Below, piece by piece: positions 35,553-45,114 of a stretch of DNA of 46,747 bases. Position 1 is the stretch's first letter. Each line of letters begins with the position of its first letter. Made by a program: the position numbers and the translations under genes. Below the pieces are notes generated by a model. The model made no database searches. It saw only the letters and a program-made list of their open reading frames with translations, and was not told the DNA's origin. This DNA comes from an uncultured Lachnospiraceae bacterium (lineage in GTDB: Bacteria; Bacillota; Clostridia; Lachnospirales; Lachnospiraceae): NCBI GenBank assembly GCA_947594335.1, contig CANQEC010000001.1, positions 1 through 46,747 on the forward strand, read 5' to 3'.

Positions 35553-35614
35553 AAAAAGAACAGCTTCGGCAGATACTGTGAACAGAGCTGCAGTGTCTGC
35601 GGGGCTGTTTTTTT
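35553..35614 (+). terminator. Long hairpin terminator
   Basis: aaaagaacagcttcggcagatactg...cagtgtctgcggggctgtttttt. Confidence 0.65.
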
Positions 35615-35616
35615 CT

Positions 35617-35703
35617 GTGCAGACTCGGGCAGGGAAATCAGCTGCTGACGCAGCACCCGGACCGCGCAGACGAGCAGGAGGAAAAACCGCCTCCTGCCCG
35701 ATC
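35617..35703 (+). repeat. Dispersed two-hairpin repeat, copy D
   Basis: gtgcagactcgggc-agggaaatca-gctgctgacgcagc-acccggaccgcgca-gacgagcaggaggaaaaaccgcctcctgcccgat. Confidence 0.85.
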
Positions 35704-35760
35704 AGTTCCGCGTCACATGCTGATTCATTTTTGAATTTGAAGCCGAGAGGAGTGAATATT

Positions 35761-36072
35761 TTGAGCAGAAGATTCATGCTGAGATATCTGATACTGATCG
35801 CGTTTCTCGCGCTCTGCGCGGGGGCGGCCTGGTACAGAAACAGTACGTCGAAGGTGCATACGGCTGACACGGTGCTTGCAAAGCGGGAGAACGGGGAGTT
35901 CTTTTCCGCCTGCGAAACGATGCCTGACCATTACGCCATGGTCCGCGGAACTTCAGGGGAACGTTTTGCCACGTCACAGAAAGGTTTTTGGGCAGGATAC
36001 GCCGCGCTGCAGAGAAGCTTTCCAAAAAAATATGCCGTGCTGCAGAGAAAATGGGAAGGAGCAGGGATATGA
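35761..36072 (+). CDS. Small hypothetical membrane/secreted protein
   Basis: AGAGGAG RBS before TTG 35761 (or ATG 35776); N-terminal hydrophobic helix; ATGA overlap with spoVAA. Confidence 0.45.
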   Translation: MSRRFMLRYLILIAFLALCAGAAWYRNSTSKVHTADTVLAKRENGEFFSACETMPDHYAMVRGTSGERFATSQKGFWAGYAALQRSFPKKYAVLQRKWEGAGI

Positions 36073-36686
36073 GCGCGGAGACACTTTATCTGAAAATTGA
36101 TAAAAATGTTCAGGCAAAGGGAGATCAGGTATATCTGAGGGATATCGCGGATATCTGCTGCGCGCAGAAGGCGGTTGAAAACAAAGTGAAAACACTGCGC
36201 CTTCCCACCAAGATCATCAGAGGGCCGGGGCGCTACGTGTTTTCCGTATTTGACGTGATCAAAGTGATACAGCAGGAGTACCCGAATCTGGAGATCAGTA
36301 ATCTGGGGGAAGCGGATTTTATTATTACCGTGGAGAAAGAGCAGGTCATGCCGGACGCCTGGAACTGGTGCAAGACGATTCTGGTCTGTTTTCTCTCTTT
36401 TTTCGGAGCGGCGTTTTCGATCATGGCGTTTAACAACGACGTCGGGATCACAACGCTGTTCGGCCAGCTTTACGAGCAGTTTACCGGGGAGTTATCGGAC
36501 GGATTTACGATCCTGGAGGTGACATATTCCGTGGGAGTCGGGCTTGGGATCCTGCTGTTTTTCCATCATTTTGCGAGAAACAAGGACAAGGCGGATCCGA
36601 CGCCGCTTGAGATCGAGATGCGGACCTATGAGGACGATGTGGATACGACGCTGATTGAGTCGGAAAACCGAAAGGAGACAGTGTAG
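36069..36686 (+). CDS. spoVAA: Stage V sporulation protein AA
   Basis: 'LYLK', 'VYLRDIA', 'FFGAAFSIMAFNND', 'YSVGVGLGILLFFHHF', 'DPTPLEIEMRTYE'. Confidence 0.9.
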   Translation: MSAETLYLKIDKNVQAKGDQVYLRDIADICCAQKAVENKVKTLRLPTKIIRGPGRYVFSVFDVIKVIQQEYPNLEISNLGEADFIITVEKEQVMPDAWNWCKTILVCFLSFFGAAFSIMAFNNDVGITTLFGQLYEQFTGELSDGFTILEVTYSVGVGLGILLFFHHFARNKDKADPTPLEIEMRTYEDDVDTTLIESENRKETV

Positions 36687-37127
36687 ATGGCGGCGCATAT
36701 TTTTCTTGGGATCGTGGGATTTTCCTCCGGTTTTCTGGTGGCGGGAGGCGTTGTCGCCCTTATGATCGGCCTCGGCGTCATCACGCGCTTTATCGGGATC
36801 ACGCACACAGCCAGGCACGCCGAACTGTATGAGGACGCGATCCTGGCCGGAACAATTGCAGGAACGGTGCTGACGGTATTCGATGTGAAGCCGCATGTCT
36901 TTGTGTCGGGGATTGCCGGCGCGGCCGTTCTGATCCTGTTCGGACTGTTTATGGGGATGTTTGTCGGGGGCTGGATCATGGCCCTCGCGGAGGTCGTCAA
37001 CGTATTTCCCGTATTCTGCCGCAGGATGGGCATCGTAAAAGGAATGAGCTGGCTCGTGATCGCGCTGGCGCTCGGAAAGACGGCGGGGTGCCTGATGCAT
37101 TTTTATCTGAGATGGGGGCAGGGATAG
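36687..37127 (+). CDS. spoVAB: Stage V sporulation protein AB
   Basis: 'GFSSGFLVAGGVVAL', 'YEDAI', 'GMFVGGWIMALAEVVNVFPV..RR', 'ALGKTAG'. Confidence 0.9.
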   Translation: MAAHIFLGIVGFSSGFLVAGGVVALMIGLGVITRFIGITHTARHAELYEDAILAGTIAGTVLTVFDVKPHVFVSGIAGAAVLILFGLFMGMFVGGWIMALAEVVNVFPVFCRRMGIVKGMSWLVIALALGKTAGCLMHFYLRWGQG

Positions 37128-37278
37128 TGCGGCTGCCTCCTCCTGCACGGTTTGAAAAATTTATATGGCAAAAAAGGATCGCCGTGTTATAATAAATTAC
37201 GGCAAAAGCTCCGGCGGCAAAACGCGGGCCCTAAAGGAGCTTTAAAGAGATTGACTCAAAAAGGAGAACTGGAAATTT

Positions 37279-38949
37279 ATGAAAACAAAGGAAGAACTGA
37301 AGCGGCATCTTGCGCAGATCGATCATAAAAGCTACAAGGCGTACCGGGAACTTGAGGGAATGTATGAGTTCGGCGCGTACCGTCTGAGCATCGATCATGT
37401 GCAGGGGGATCCCTTCGCGACGCCGTCGCGGGTGAGGCTCCTGTATAAAAACGCCGGAAATATAAAGGAAGAGTTTTTCAACACGAAAGCGCGCAAGGCG
37501 GCGGCGGAAGATTTTCTTCTCCGCAGGCTGCACCGGAGCCTGCGTGAATCCGCGGGAGACGGACGCAAAGGCTCCGGAAAGAGCGGACTGATCACGGCGT
37601 GCCGGGTCGGGCAGGAGGTGCTTGAGCGGACGGCCGTTCTGCTCTCGCGCGATGTCATAGAGGTGAGGATCGAGGTTGGTTTCCCGGCTTACGGGCGGAC
37701 GATCGCCGCGCGGGAACTGGAGGAGATTCTGTTTCGCGTGCTTCCGGAGGCGGCTGATCAGACGTTTGCGGTATGTCCGGATCTGGTGCGCGGGATGACA
37801 AAGGCCGTGGAGCTGGCGGACGATCAGGAGTACATACGAAAGGAGCTGGAAAAGCGCGGTCTCGTCTCGTTTGTGGCGGACGGGGCGGTTCTTCCGCGCG
37901 AGAGCGGGATCTCCCAGCGGCCGATGAAAGATGCCGTGAAGTTCAGAAGTCCTGAAAGCCTTGCGGTGACGATGACGCTGCCGCACAAAGGCGAGCTGAG
38001 GGGAATGGGTATCCGCCGCGGCGTCACGGTGATCGTGGGCGGCGGCTATCACGGAAAATCCACGCTGCTCAAGGCCATTGAGCGCGGCGTTTACAACCAC
38101 ATCAGCGGCGACGGCAGGGAGTATGTGATCACGGATGAGACGGCGTTCAAGCTCCGTGCGGAGGAAGGAAGATGTATCCACCAGGAGGACATTTCCCTGT
38201 TTATCGATCATCTTCCCAGCCACGCGGATACGGTGCGCTTCGGGACGGAGAACGCGAGCGGCAGCACATCCCAGGCTGCGAACACGGTGGAGGCGCTCGC
38301 GTGCAAAAGCCGCGTGCTTCTGATCGACGAGGACACCTCGGCGACCAATTTCATGGTCAGGGATGAGGTGATGGCGCGCCTGGTTGCGGATGAGAAGGAA
38401 CCGATCACGCCGTTTATCCGGAAGGTGCGCGCCTTATATCAGGAATTTGGCATATCGACGGTGCTGGTTGTGGGAAGCTCCGGAGCATATCTGTCTGTGG
38501 CGGACACGGTCGTGCAGATGGACTGCTACGAGGCGAAGGATGTGACGGAAAAAGCGGAAAAAATCGCGCGGGAACAGGCCGCGATACCGGACGAGCCGGT
38601 GCAGAAAAAAGAGTGGATCCGCTATCCGGTCCGCAAAAAGAAAATTGAAAAGATGCGTGTTCACGGGTGGGATACGCTCTCGCTTGACCGCTCGGAGATC
38701 GACCTGCGCTATCTGGAGCAGATCACGGACGAGACGCAGACGGCCGCTCTTGGATACATTCTCCAGTATGTGCTGGAGCGGATGGCGGACGGGAGAAAGA
38801 GCGCGGCCGTGCTTGCGCATGAGGCGTTTGTGAAGCAGGAGCGGGAAGGTCTTGTGTCGATGGTCCCGCAAAATTACGGAGCGGGGGCGCCGGCTGCCGT
38901 GCGGGAACAGGAGATCCTTGCGGGGCTTGTCCGCTATCGTCTGCTGTAA
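37279..38949 (+). CDS. Stand-alone ABC-class ATPase domain protein (ABC_ATPase/MRB1590-like)
   Basis: 'IDHVQGDPFATPS', 'FVADGAVLPRESG', Walker A GGGYHGKST, 'ASGSTSQA', 'LIDEDTSATNFM', 'EPITPF'. Confidence 0.85.
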   Translation: MKTKEELKRHLAQIDHKSYKAYRELEGMYEFGAYRLSIDHVQGDPFATPSRVRLLYKNAGNIKEEFFNTKARKAAAEDFLLRRLHRSLRESAGDGRKGSGKSGLITACRVGQEVLERTAVLLSRDVIEVRIEVGFPAYGRTIAARELEEILFRVLPEAADQTFAVCPDLVRGMTKAVELADDQEYIRKELEKRGLVSFVADGAVLPRESGISQRPMKDAVKFRSPESLAVTMTLPHKGELRGMGIRRGVTVIVGGGYHGKSTLLKAIERGVYNHISGDGREYVITDETAFKLRAEEGRCIHQEDISLFIDHLPSHADTVRFGTENASGSTSQAANTVEALACKSRVLLIDEDTSATNFMVRDEVMARLVADEKEPITPFIRKVRALYQEFGISTVLVVGSSGAYLSVADTVVQMDCYEAKDVTEKAEKIAREQAAIPDEPVQKKEWIRYPVRKKKIEKMRVHGWDTLSLDRSEIDLRYLEQITDETQTAALGYILQYVLERMADGRKSAAVLAHEAFVKQEREGLVSMVPQNYGAGAPAAVREQEILAGLVRYRLL

Positions 38950-39004
38950 CGCAGACCATGCGGCGCAAAATACCGGATACTTTCCTGACAAAAGGGGGAT
39001 ATCG

Positions 39005-40057
39005 ATGCGTTTTATGCATATAGCCGACGTACATCTCGGAGCAGCGCCGGACGCGGAGTTTGCCTGGGCAAAGGACAGGGGCCGCGAGATCTGGGAAAGC
39101 TTCCGCAGATGTATCGGGGAGGCAAATGAAAAACAGGCGGATCTTCTTCTGATCGCGGGGGATCTGTTTCACCGCCAGCCGACGGCGCGGGAACTGAAGG
39201 AGGTCAGCTATCTGTTCTCCACGCTGAAAAGGACGCTGGTCGTTCTGATCGCCGGCAATCATGATTATCTGAAGCCGGCTTCCCCCTGGATGGATTTCCG
39301 GTGGGGAAAGAATGTGGTCTGTCTGTTTTCGCAGGAATGCGAGAAGGTGCGCTTCCCGGATCTGAAAACGGAGGTCTATGGACTGAGCTACCACCAGCAG
39401 GAGATCACGGAACCGCTCTATGACAGCATTCGGGCGGAAAAAAACGATTATTTCAAGATCCTGCTCGCCCACGGGGGCGACGCGAACCATATTCCGCTGT
39501 CGAAAAAGGCGCTGGAGGAGTCGGGGTTCGATTACATAGCACTGGGACATATTCACAAGCCATGCGAGCTTATTCCGGGATTTGCGCGGTATGCGGGAGC
39601 GCTTGAGCCGATCGACTGCGCGGATGTCGGTCCGCACGGCTATATTCTGGGGGAGGTTCAGCGCAGGAAGCTGAAGCTGTCTTTTGTTGACCTGAGTTCC
39701 CGGAGGTATATCCACAGGGATGTGGAGGTCACGGAGGAGGACACGGTATATTCTCTGCGTGAGAAGATTTCCGGTCTGGTTTTTGAGGAAGGCCAGCAGA
39801 ACATGTACAGGATCCGTCTTGTGGGGCAGAGGGATCCGCAGCTGGTCCCCGATCTTCGGGAATACAAAAAATGCGGCAGGATTGTGGAGATCAGGGATAT
39901 GACGGCGCCGGCTTTTCACATTGAGGATCTGAGGGAACGGTACAGGGGTCAGCTGATCGGCGATTTTATTGAGAGCTTTGGGGAGGAACCGCGCAAAGTT
40001 GTGGAGGAGAAAGCTCTGCGCTACGGACTGGAGGCTCTGCTGTACGGAAAATTGTGA
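39005..40057 (+). CDS. Mre11/SbcD-like (YhaO-type) DNA repair metallophosphoesterase
   Basis: HIADVHLG, AGDLF, AGNHD, AHGG and ALGHIH motifs. Confidence 0.9.
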   Translation: MRFMHIADVHLGAAPDAEFAWAKDRGREIWESFRRCIGEANEKQADLLLIAGDLFHRQPTARELKEVSYLFSTLKRTLVVLIAGNHDYLKPASPWMDFRWGKNVVCLFSQECEKVRFPDLKTEVYGLSYHQQEITEPLYDSIRAEKNDYFKILLAHGGDANHIPLSKKALEESGFDYIALGHIHKPCELIPGFARYAGALEPIDCADVGPHGYILGEVQRRKLKLSFVDLSSRRYIHRDVEVTEEDTVYSLREKISGLVFEEGQQNMYRIRLVGQRDPQLVPDLREYKKCGRIVEIRDMTAPAFHIEDLRERYRGQLIGDFIESFGEEPRKVVEEKALRYGLEALLYGKL

Positions 40058-40072
40058 GGCCGGAGGGGTTTT

Positions 40073-41584
40073 ATGGAAATACGGGAGCTGCATCTGAAAC
40101 ACTACGGAAAATTTGACGATCATCGGATATCGCTGCAGCCGGGGATCAATATCATATACGGAAAGAACGAGACCGGGAAGACCACGATTCATTCGTTTAT
40201 CCGCGCGATGTTCTTCGGACTGCCGCGCGGACGCGGACGTCAGGCGAAGGCGGATGAGTACAGCCTGCGCCAGCCGTGGGAAAATCCATCGTATTTTGCG
40301 GGGAGCATGACGATCCTGGAAGGCGGGGAAACCTATCGGATCGACCGGAATTTTAACCGGGAACAGCAGACCTGCACAGTGGACAATCTGTCGAAAGCGG
40401 CCAGGGCCGCGGACGGGGAGCAGGAGATCCGGCGGCTTTTTGGATGGATGAATGAGACGGTTTTCTGCAATACGCTGTTTGTCCGGCAGGCGCGCGTGGA
40501 GACGGAGGAAGCTCTGGCGGAAGAACTGCGGGGCTTCCTGGTAAATTACGACAGGGCGCTTGGGATGCAGACGGATGTCTCCCGGGCTTTGCAGAGTCTT
40601 CAGAAGAAAAAGAAAGAATTTTTGCAGAAGAAAAAAGCGGAGGAGGAGCTGCTGGAGGAGCAGATCGGGCGCCGTCAGGCGGAGGCGGATTATGTGCGCC
40701 GCGAGATTGATTCCCTGAAGGAGAGAGGGGAGGCTCTGTCTGCTGGTCCGTCCGAAGAGCCGGGGACCGAAAACCAGGAGGAAGAACCGAAAGAGAGGTC
40801 ACCCAAATACAGGATCCTGACGGAGGTTTTTCTGGCGGCCGCAGCCTTAACCGCGTTCGCGATGGCGTGGCTGTTCCGCGCTTTGCGGATCCGTATTTTT
40901 CTCGGTATATTCGCGGCGCTGTTTCTTGCACTGATACTTCCGGTGCATAAGCTTTTGTCCGGGGACGAGGACGAGGCGAAAGACTGGCCAAAGGAGATGG
41001 GAGAACAGTCCGGGGCTGTCAGGGAACAGCTGCAGAGGCAGGAGGAAAAATATCAGCAGCTGCAGAACGAGCTCGAGGAGCTTTATCAGAATCATGTGAA
41101 GACGGAGGGGAGCGCGATCGAGATCGAGGCGCTGAATATGGCGATCGACCGGATTTCTGATCTGTCGGCGTCCGTTTTTAAGGAATCGGGGGGCGGCCTG
41201 GCCCAGAAAACGTCGGAGATATTTGGCTGTATCACCGGGGGAAGATACACGGGCGTTTCCATGGACGGATCTCTGGACATCAGGATTTTGTCCCGGGACC
41301 GCGTGCTCGACCTTCGCGAGCTGAGCTTCGGGACGATGCAGCAGGTTTATTTCGCGCTGCGCGTCGCGGCGGGGGAACTGTTCGCAAAGGGAAGACAGTT
41401 TCCTCTGATCTTTGACGAACCGTTTGCGATGTATGACGACGCGCGGCTTGCGGCGGTGCTGAGATGGCTGTACCGCAGCGGCCGCCAGGTGATCCTCTTT
41501 ACCTGTCAGGACAGGGAGAGGAGGATCCTTGAAAAGATAAAAGCCGCGGGCGGCGCTTCCGGACAGAAAAAGGAGGAGCTTTAA
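40073..41584 (+). CDS. Rad50/SbcC-like (YhaN-type) ATPase with a central transmembrane hairpin
   Basis: 'YGKF', Walker [10 protein letters not shown], coiled coils flanking two hydrophobic helices, signature LSFGT, Walker B LIFDEPF, 'QVILFTC'. Confidence 0.85.
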   Translation: MEIRELHLKHYGKFDDHRISLQPGINIIYGKNETGKTTIHSFIRAMFFGLPRGRGRQAKADEYSLRQPWENPSYFAGSMTILEGGETYRIDRNFNREQQTCTVDNLSKAARAADGEQEIRRLFGWMNETVFCNTLFVRQARVETEEALAEELRGFLVNYDRALGMQTDVSRALQSLQKKKKEFLQKKKAEEELLEEQIGRRQAEADYVRREIDSLKERGEALSAGPSEEPGTENQEEEPKERSPKYRILTEVFLAAAALTAFAMAWLFRALRIRIFLGIFAALFLALILPVHKLLSGDEDEAKDWPKEMGEQSGAVREQLQRQEEKYQQLQNELEELYQNHVKTEGSAIEIEALNMAIDRISDLSASVFKESGGGLAQKTSEIFGCITGGRYTGVSMDGSLDIRILSRDRVLDLRELSFGTMQQVYFALRVAAGELFAKGRQFPLIFDEPFAMYDDARLAAVLRWLYRSGRQVILFTCQDRERRILEKIKAAGGASGQKKEEL

Positions 41585-41630
41585 GGAGGACAAAGGCCGT
41601 AAACGGAAACAAAATGCAGAGGAGGAATTT

Positions 41631-42482
41631 ATGTCGGAGCATGTATATCTGGGATGTCATCTCTCCTCCTCCAGGGGATTTCTGCACATGGGAAAGGAAG
41701 CGGTCTCGATCGGAGCGGACACGTTTCAGTTCTTTACGCGGAATCCCAGGGGGAGCAGGGCAAAGGAAATAAACGAAAAGGATGTGGAAGCGTACCTGGC
41801 ATACGCCGCGGAGCACGGAATCGGCACAGTTGTGGCGCATGCTCCGTATACGCTGAATCCGTGCTCGGCGGATGAACACACAAGGGAATTTGCGCTTCTG
41901 ACGATGAAGGACGATTTAAGGCGCATGGAATATCTGCCGGGAAATGTCTATAATTTTCATCCGGGAAGCCATGTGGGGCAGGGAATCGAAAAAGGGATCG
42001 ATCTGATCGCGGACGCGCTGAACGAGATACTGACGCCCGGACAGCATACGACCGTGCTGCTTGAGACGATGGCGGGGAAAGGAAGCGAGGTGGGCAGCCG
42101 TTTTGAGGAGCTGGCCGCGATTTTGGAGCGTGTAAAGCTGGATGAGTATATGGGGGTCTGTCTTGACACCTGCCATGTCTACGACGCGGGCTATGATATT
42201 GTGAATCAGCTGGATGACGTGCTCGATGAGTTTGACCGCGTGATCGGGCTTGACCGGCTGCGCGCCGTCCATGTCAACGACAGCAAAAATCCGTTTGAAA
42301 GTCACAAGGACCGTCATGAGAAGATCGGACAGGGAACGCTGGGCTTTGAAGCTCTCTGCCGCGTGGTCCATCATCCGAAGCTTTCGCATCTGCCGTTCTG
42401 CCTTGAGACGCCGAACGAACTTCCGGGCTATGCAAAAGAGATCCGGATGCTGCGGGAGGGCGTGCCGCAGCTGCAGGGGTAA
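41631..42482 (+). CDS. nfo: Endonuclease IV
   Basis: 'QFFTRNPRG', 'HAPY', 'FHPG', 'LLETMAGKG', 'CLDTCH', 'HVNDSK', 'DRHE', 'LETP'. Confidence 0.95.
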   Translation: MSEHVYLGCHLSSSRGFLHMGKEAVSIGADTFQFFTRNPRGSRAKEINEKDVEAYLAYAAEHGIGTVVAHAPYTLNPCSADEHTREFALLTMKDDLRRMEYLPGNVYNFHPGSHVGQGIEKGIDLIADALNEILTPGQHTTVLLETMAGKGSEVGSRFEELAAILERVKLDEYMGVCLDTCHVYDAGYDIVNQLDDVLDEFDRVIGLDRLRAVHVNDSKNPFESHKDRHEKIGQGTLGFEALCRVVHHPKLSHLPFCLETPNELPGYAKEIRMLREGVPQLQG

Positions 42483-42524
42483 AAGCCTGCGGGTTTCGCG
42501 AGTCCGGAATAAATCCCAAAAAAA

Positions 42525-42556
42525 GGAGCAGGAGGAAAAACGCCTCCTGCCCGATT
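42525..42556 (+). repeat. Hairpin-2 half copy of the dispersed repeat (likely also the nfo/prs terminator)
   Basis: ggagcaggaggaaaaacgcctcctgcccgatt, nearly identical to 35672-35703. Confidence 0.75.
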
Positions 42557-42562
42557 GAAAAT

Positions 42563-43738
42563 TTATTTCTGTTTTTTCTTTTCAAGGAAATTATTGATGC
42601 GCGCGATCGGATTCAGCAGACTGCTGACAGAGCCGTCGTGATTCAGCGTATCGATGAGGAGCGCGATGTATTTGCTCAGATCGCAGCCTGTATAGTAGGG
42701 CTTCTGCAGAAGCTCCGGCGACTGGTAAACGAGGTTGGTCGTCAGCAGAGCGTAGAATTGTCCCTGCATGTAGGCCTTGTCAAATTTTTCCAGTCCGTTC
42801 GTAAACAGGCCGAAAGTCGAGCAGAGGAAAATGCGGTCGGCATTGCGCTTCTTGAGTTCCAGCGCCACCTCCAGCATGCTGTCGCCGGAAGAGATCATAT
42901 CATCAAGGATTACGACATCCTTGCCGGTGACGTCCGCTCCGAGAAATTCATGCGCCACGATGGGGTTCCGCCCGTTTACGACGCGGGTGTAATCGCGCCG
43001 CTTGTAGAACATGCCCATATCGACGCCGAGCACGTTGGCCATATAGATCGCGCGTCCTGCCGCGCCCTCGTCGGGGCTGATGATCATCAGCCGTTCCGGA
43101 GAGATCTCCAGATCCGGGGCCGCGCGGAACAGCCCTTTGATAAACTGATAGACGGGCTGGATCGTCTCAAAGCCGTGGAGCGGGATCGCGTTCTGGACTC
43201 TCGGGTCGTGCGCGTCGAAGGTGAGAATATTGTCAACGCCCATCTTTTCGAGCTCCTGAAGGGCGAGCGCGCAGTCGAGAGATTCCCGGCCGGTGCGCTT
43301 GTGCTGGCGGCTCTCGTACAGATACGGCATGATCACGTTGATCCGCCGCGCCTTTCCCCCGACGGCCGCGATGACACGCTTCAGATCCTGAAAGTGATCG
43401 TCGGGCGACATGCGGTTTGTATGTCCGAACAGAGAGTAAGTCAGGCTGTAATTGCAGACATCCACCAGAATGTAAAGATCAGCGCCGCGGACTGTGTTGT
43501 TGATCAGCCCTTTTGCCTCTCCTGAGCCGAACCGCGGCACTTTTGAGTCGATCAGATAAGTATCTCTGGAGTAGGTCTGAAGAAGGGGATTGTCTTTATG
43601 TTCATGTTCACGTTCTTTGCGCCACTGAACGATGTGGGCATCGATTTTCTGACCGAGCGTCTCGCAGCTTTTCAGCGCGATGATGCCCAGTTCCCCAACA
43701 GGAATTGTCTCAAGATTTCGTTCGAATGCAGACTGCAT
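42563..43738 (-). CDS. prs: Ribose-phosphate pyrophosphokinase
   Basis: 'RFGSGE', 'MPYLYESRQ', 'DAHDP', 'SPDEGA', PRT motif 'ILDDMISSGDS'. Confidence 0.92.
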   Translation of the reverse strand: MQSAFERNLETIPVGELGIIALKSCETLGQKIDAHIVQWRKEREHEHKDNPLLQTYSRDTYLIDSKVPRFGSGEAKGLINNTVRGADLYILVDVCNYSLTYSLFGHTNRMSPDDHFQDLKRVIAAVGGKARRINVIMPYLYESRQHKRTGRESLDCALALQELEKMGVDNILTFDAHDPRVQNAIPLHGFETIQPVYQFIKGLFRAAPDLEISPERLMIISPDEGAAGRAIYMANVLGVDMGMFYKRRDYTRVVNGRNPIVAHEFLGADVTGKDVVILDDMISSGDSMLEVALELKKRNADRIFLCSTFGLFTNGLEKFDKAYMQGQFYALLTTNLVYQSPELLQKPYYTGCDLSKYIALLIDTLNHDGSVSSLLNPIARINNFLEKKKQK

Positions 43739-43843
43739 ACAGGATCCTCCCTAAAAAAGCGGCAGACAAAACTGCCCGGAACCAAACATTTTCAGAATAA
43801 TCAAACTGCCTAATCTGTATTACTATAAAAAATCTATATTTCA

Positions 43844-43871
43844 ATTCTACCATAAATCAGTCGCCGGTCAA
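43844..43871 (-). promoter_or_regulatory. Sigma-A promoter of prs
   Basis: Minus strand TTGACC-16 bp-TAGAAT with extended TG. Confidence 0.6.
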
Positions 43872-43906
43872 GTATCAGATTGTATTTATTTCAGAAATGA
43901 CCGATG

Positions 43907-45097
43907 TCAATAGCCGCGGTTTTTCAGCTTTTTCTGGATGCGGATGTCGTCCCCGATCAGCTTCAGCATGGTGTAGGAGCTTGATATCCGGGAAAATACC
44001 CGCTCAGAATAAGTGTCCGCAAAGGTTCCAAGCGCGAGGTTGGTCGAGATCAGCGTACTCTTTTGCCTCAGGATACGCTCGTTAAGAACGAGAAACAGCT
44101 GAGAGGATACAAAAGTATTGGTCATCTCGGTTCCAAGGTCGTCGATGATCAGAAAATCGCAGTCAAAAATGTGCTGTTCCAGCTCCTCTGACATCTGGTC
44201 GCTGTTCCGTCCAAAGGTCGCGTCCGCAAACAGCTCAAACAGGCGGAAAGCGGAAAAGTAGATCACGGAGTGGGTCGTATCGAGCAGTTCCCGCGCGATA
44301 CAGTGCGAGAGAAAGGTCTTTCCGAGTCCGGTGTCCCCGTACAGGAACAGGTTTTCGAAGGAGGTATCAAAGTTTTCCACAAATTTTCTGCACTCGTCAA
44401 GCACGCGTCTGGCTGTCTGCCGCGCGTTCAGCCCTGTGACCGGGTCAACGGAACCGGTCGGGTAGAAATCAAGCGAAAAGCCGGAAAACGTTTCCTTGTC
44501 CAGAAATTCCCGCAGGTTGGACTGTGTGTAGAGAAGGTCAATGACGGCCTGCCGGAAACAGTGGCACTTCCGGGTTCCGATATAACCGGTGTCCTGGCAG
44601 TCGGGGCAGGAAAAGTGCGGTTCCAGATAATCCTTCGGATAACCTGCCGCCGCGAGCAGAGCCGCTTTCTTTTCGGACAGGCTGCGGATATGGGCGCGGA
44701 GCGCCTTTGTTGAAGGCCTTCCGGTCTTTTTGTCGAGCCAGGCGGCGTCCGCTTTGGCCTGCGGTTCGTTTGAACCGGGATCGGCTGTGCCGTCCAGCGG
44801 TTTGTCCGGGGCGGGATCGGCCGCGCCGCCGGGAACGATTGGCCCGTCTGTGGCCGCAGCCGCTTTGGACGTATGTGCCTCATCTGCAGAGTGGTTCTGT
44901 TCCGGTCCTGCCGGGGAATCCAGGATGGCCCGCGCGCAGGCGGTGCTGGCAGAGGCGATCTCGCGGTCGATCTGATCGAATTCAGGAAAACGGCTGTAGA
45001 TTTCTTCACGCCGGCCGACAAGCTGCTGGCGGCTGGCAAGCCGGCGCTGCTCATAGCCGCGCATGATCATATTATACTGCGAATTGGTTATTCCCAT
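43907..45097 (-). CDS. DnaC/DnaI-type helicase loader ATPase
   Basis: CPDCQDTG..KCHC zinc motif, Walker A GDTGLGKT, Walker B LIIDDLG, STN, 'RVFSRI'; follows dnaD. Confidence 0.88.
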   Translation of the reverse strand: MGITNSQYNMIMRGYEQRRLASRQQLVGRREEIYSRFPEFDQIDREIASASTACARAILDSPAGPEQNHSADEAHTSKAAAATDGPIVPGGAADPAPDKPLDGTADPGSNEPQAKADAAWLDKKTGRPSTKALRAHIRSLSEKKAALLAAAGYPKDYLEPHFSCPDCQDTGYIGTRKCHCFRQAVIDLLYTQSNLREFLDKETFSGFSLDFYPTGSVDPVTGLNARQTARRVLDECRKFVENFDTSFENLFLYGDTGLGKTFLSHCIARELLDTTHSVIYFSAFRLFELFADATFGRNSDQMSEELEQHIFDCDFLIIDDLGTEMTNTFVSSQLFLVLNERILRQKSTLISTNLALGTFADTYSERVFSRISSSYTMLKLIGDDIRIQKKLKNRGY

Positions 45098-45114
45098 TTT
45101 ATCCTCCCATTTCC

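Noticed and set aside
39005-41584. Known anti-phage nuclease/SMC system (Lamassu, Wadjet, Gabija)
   Set aside because: The architecture fits the YhaO/YhaN-type pair next to nfo in a core region, and the signature partner genes are missing.
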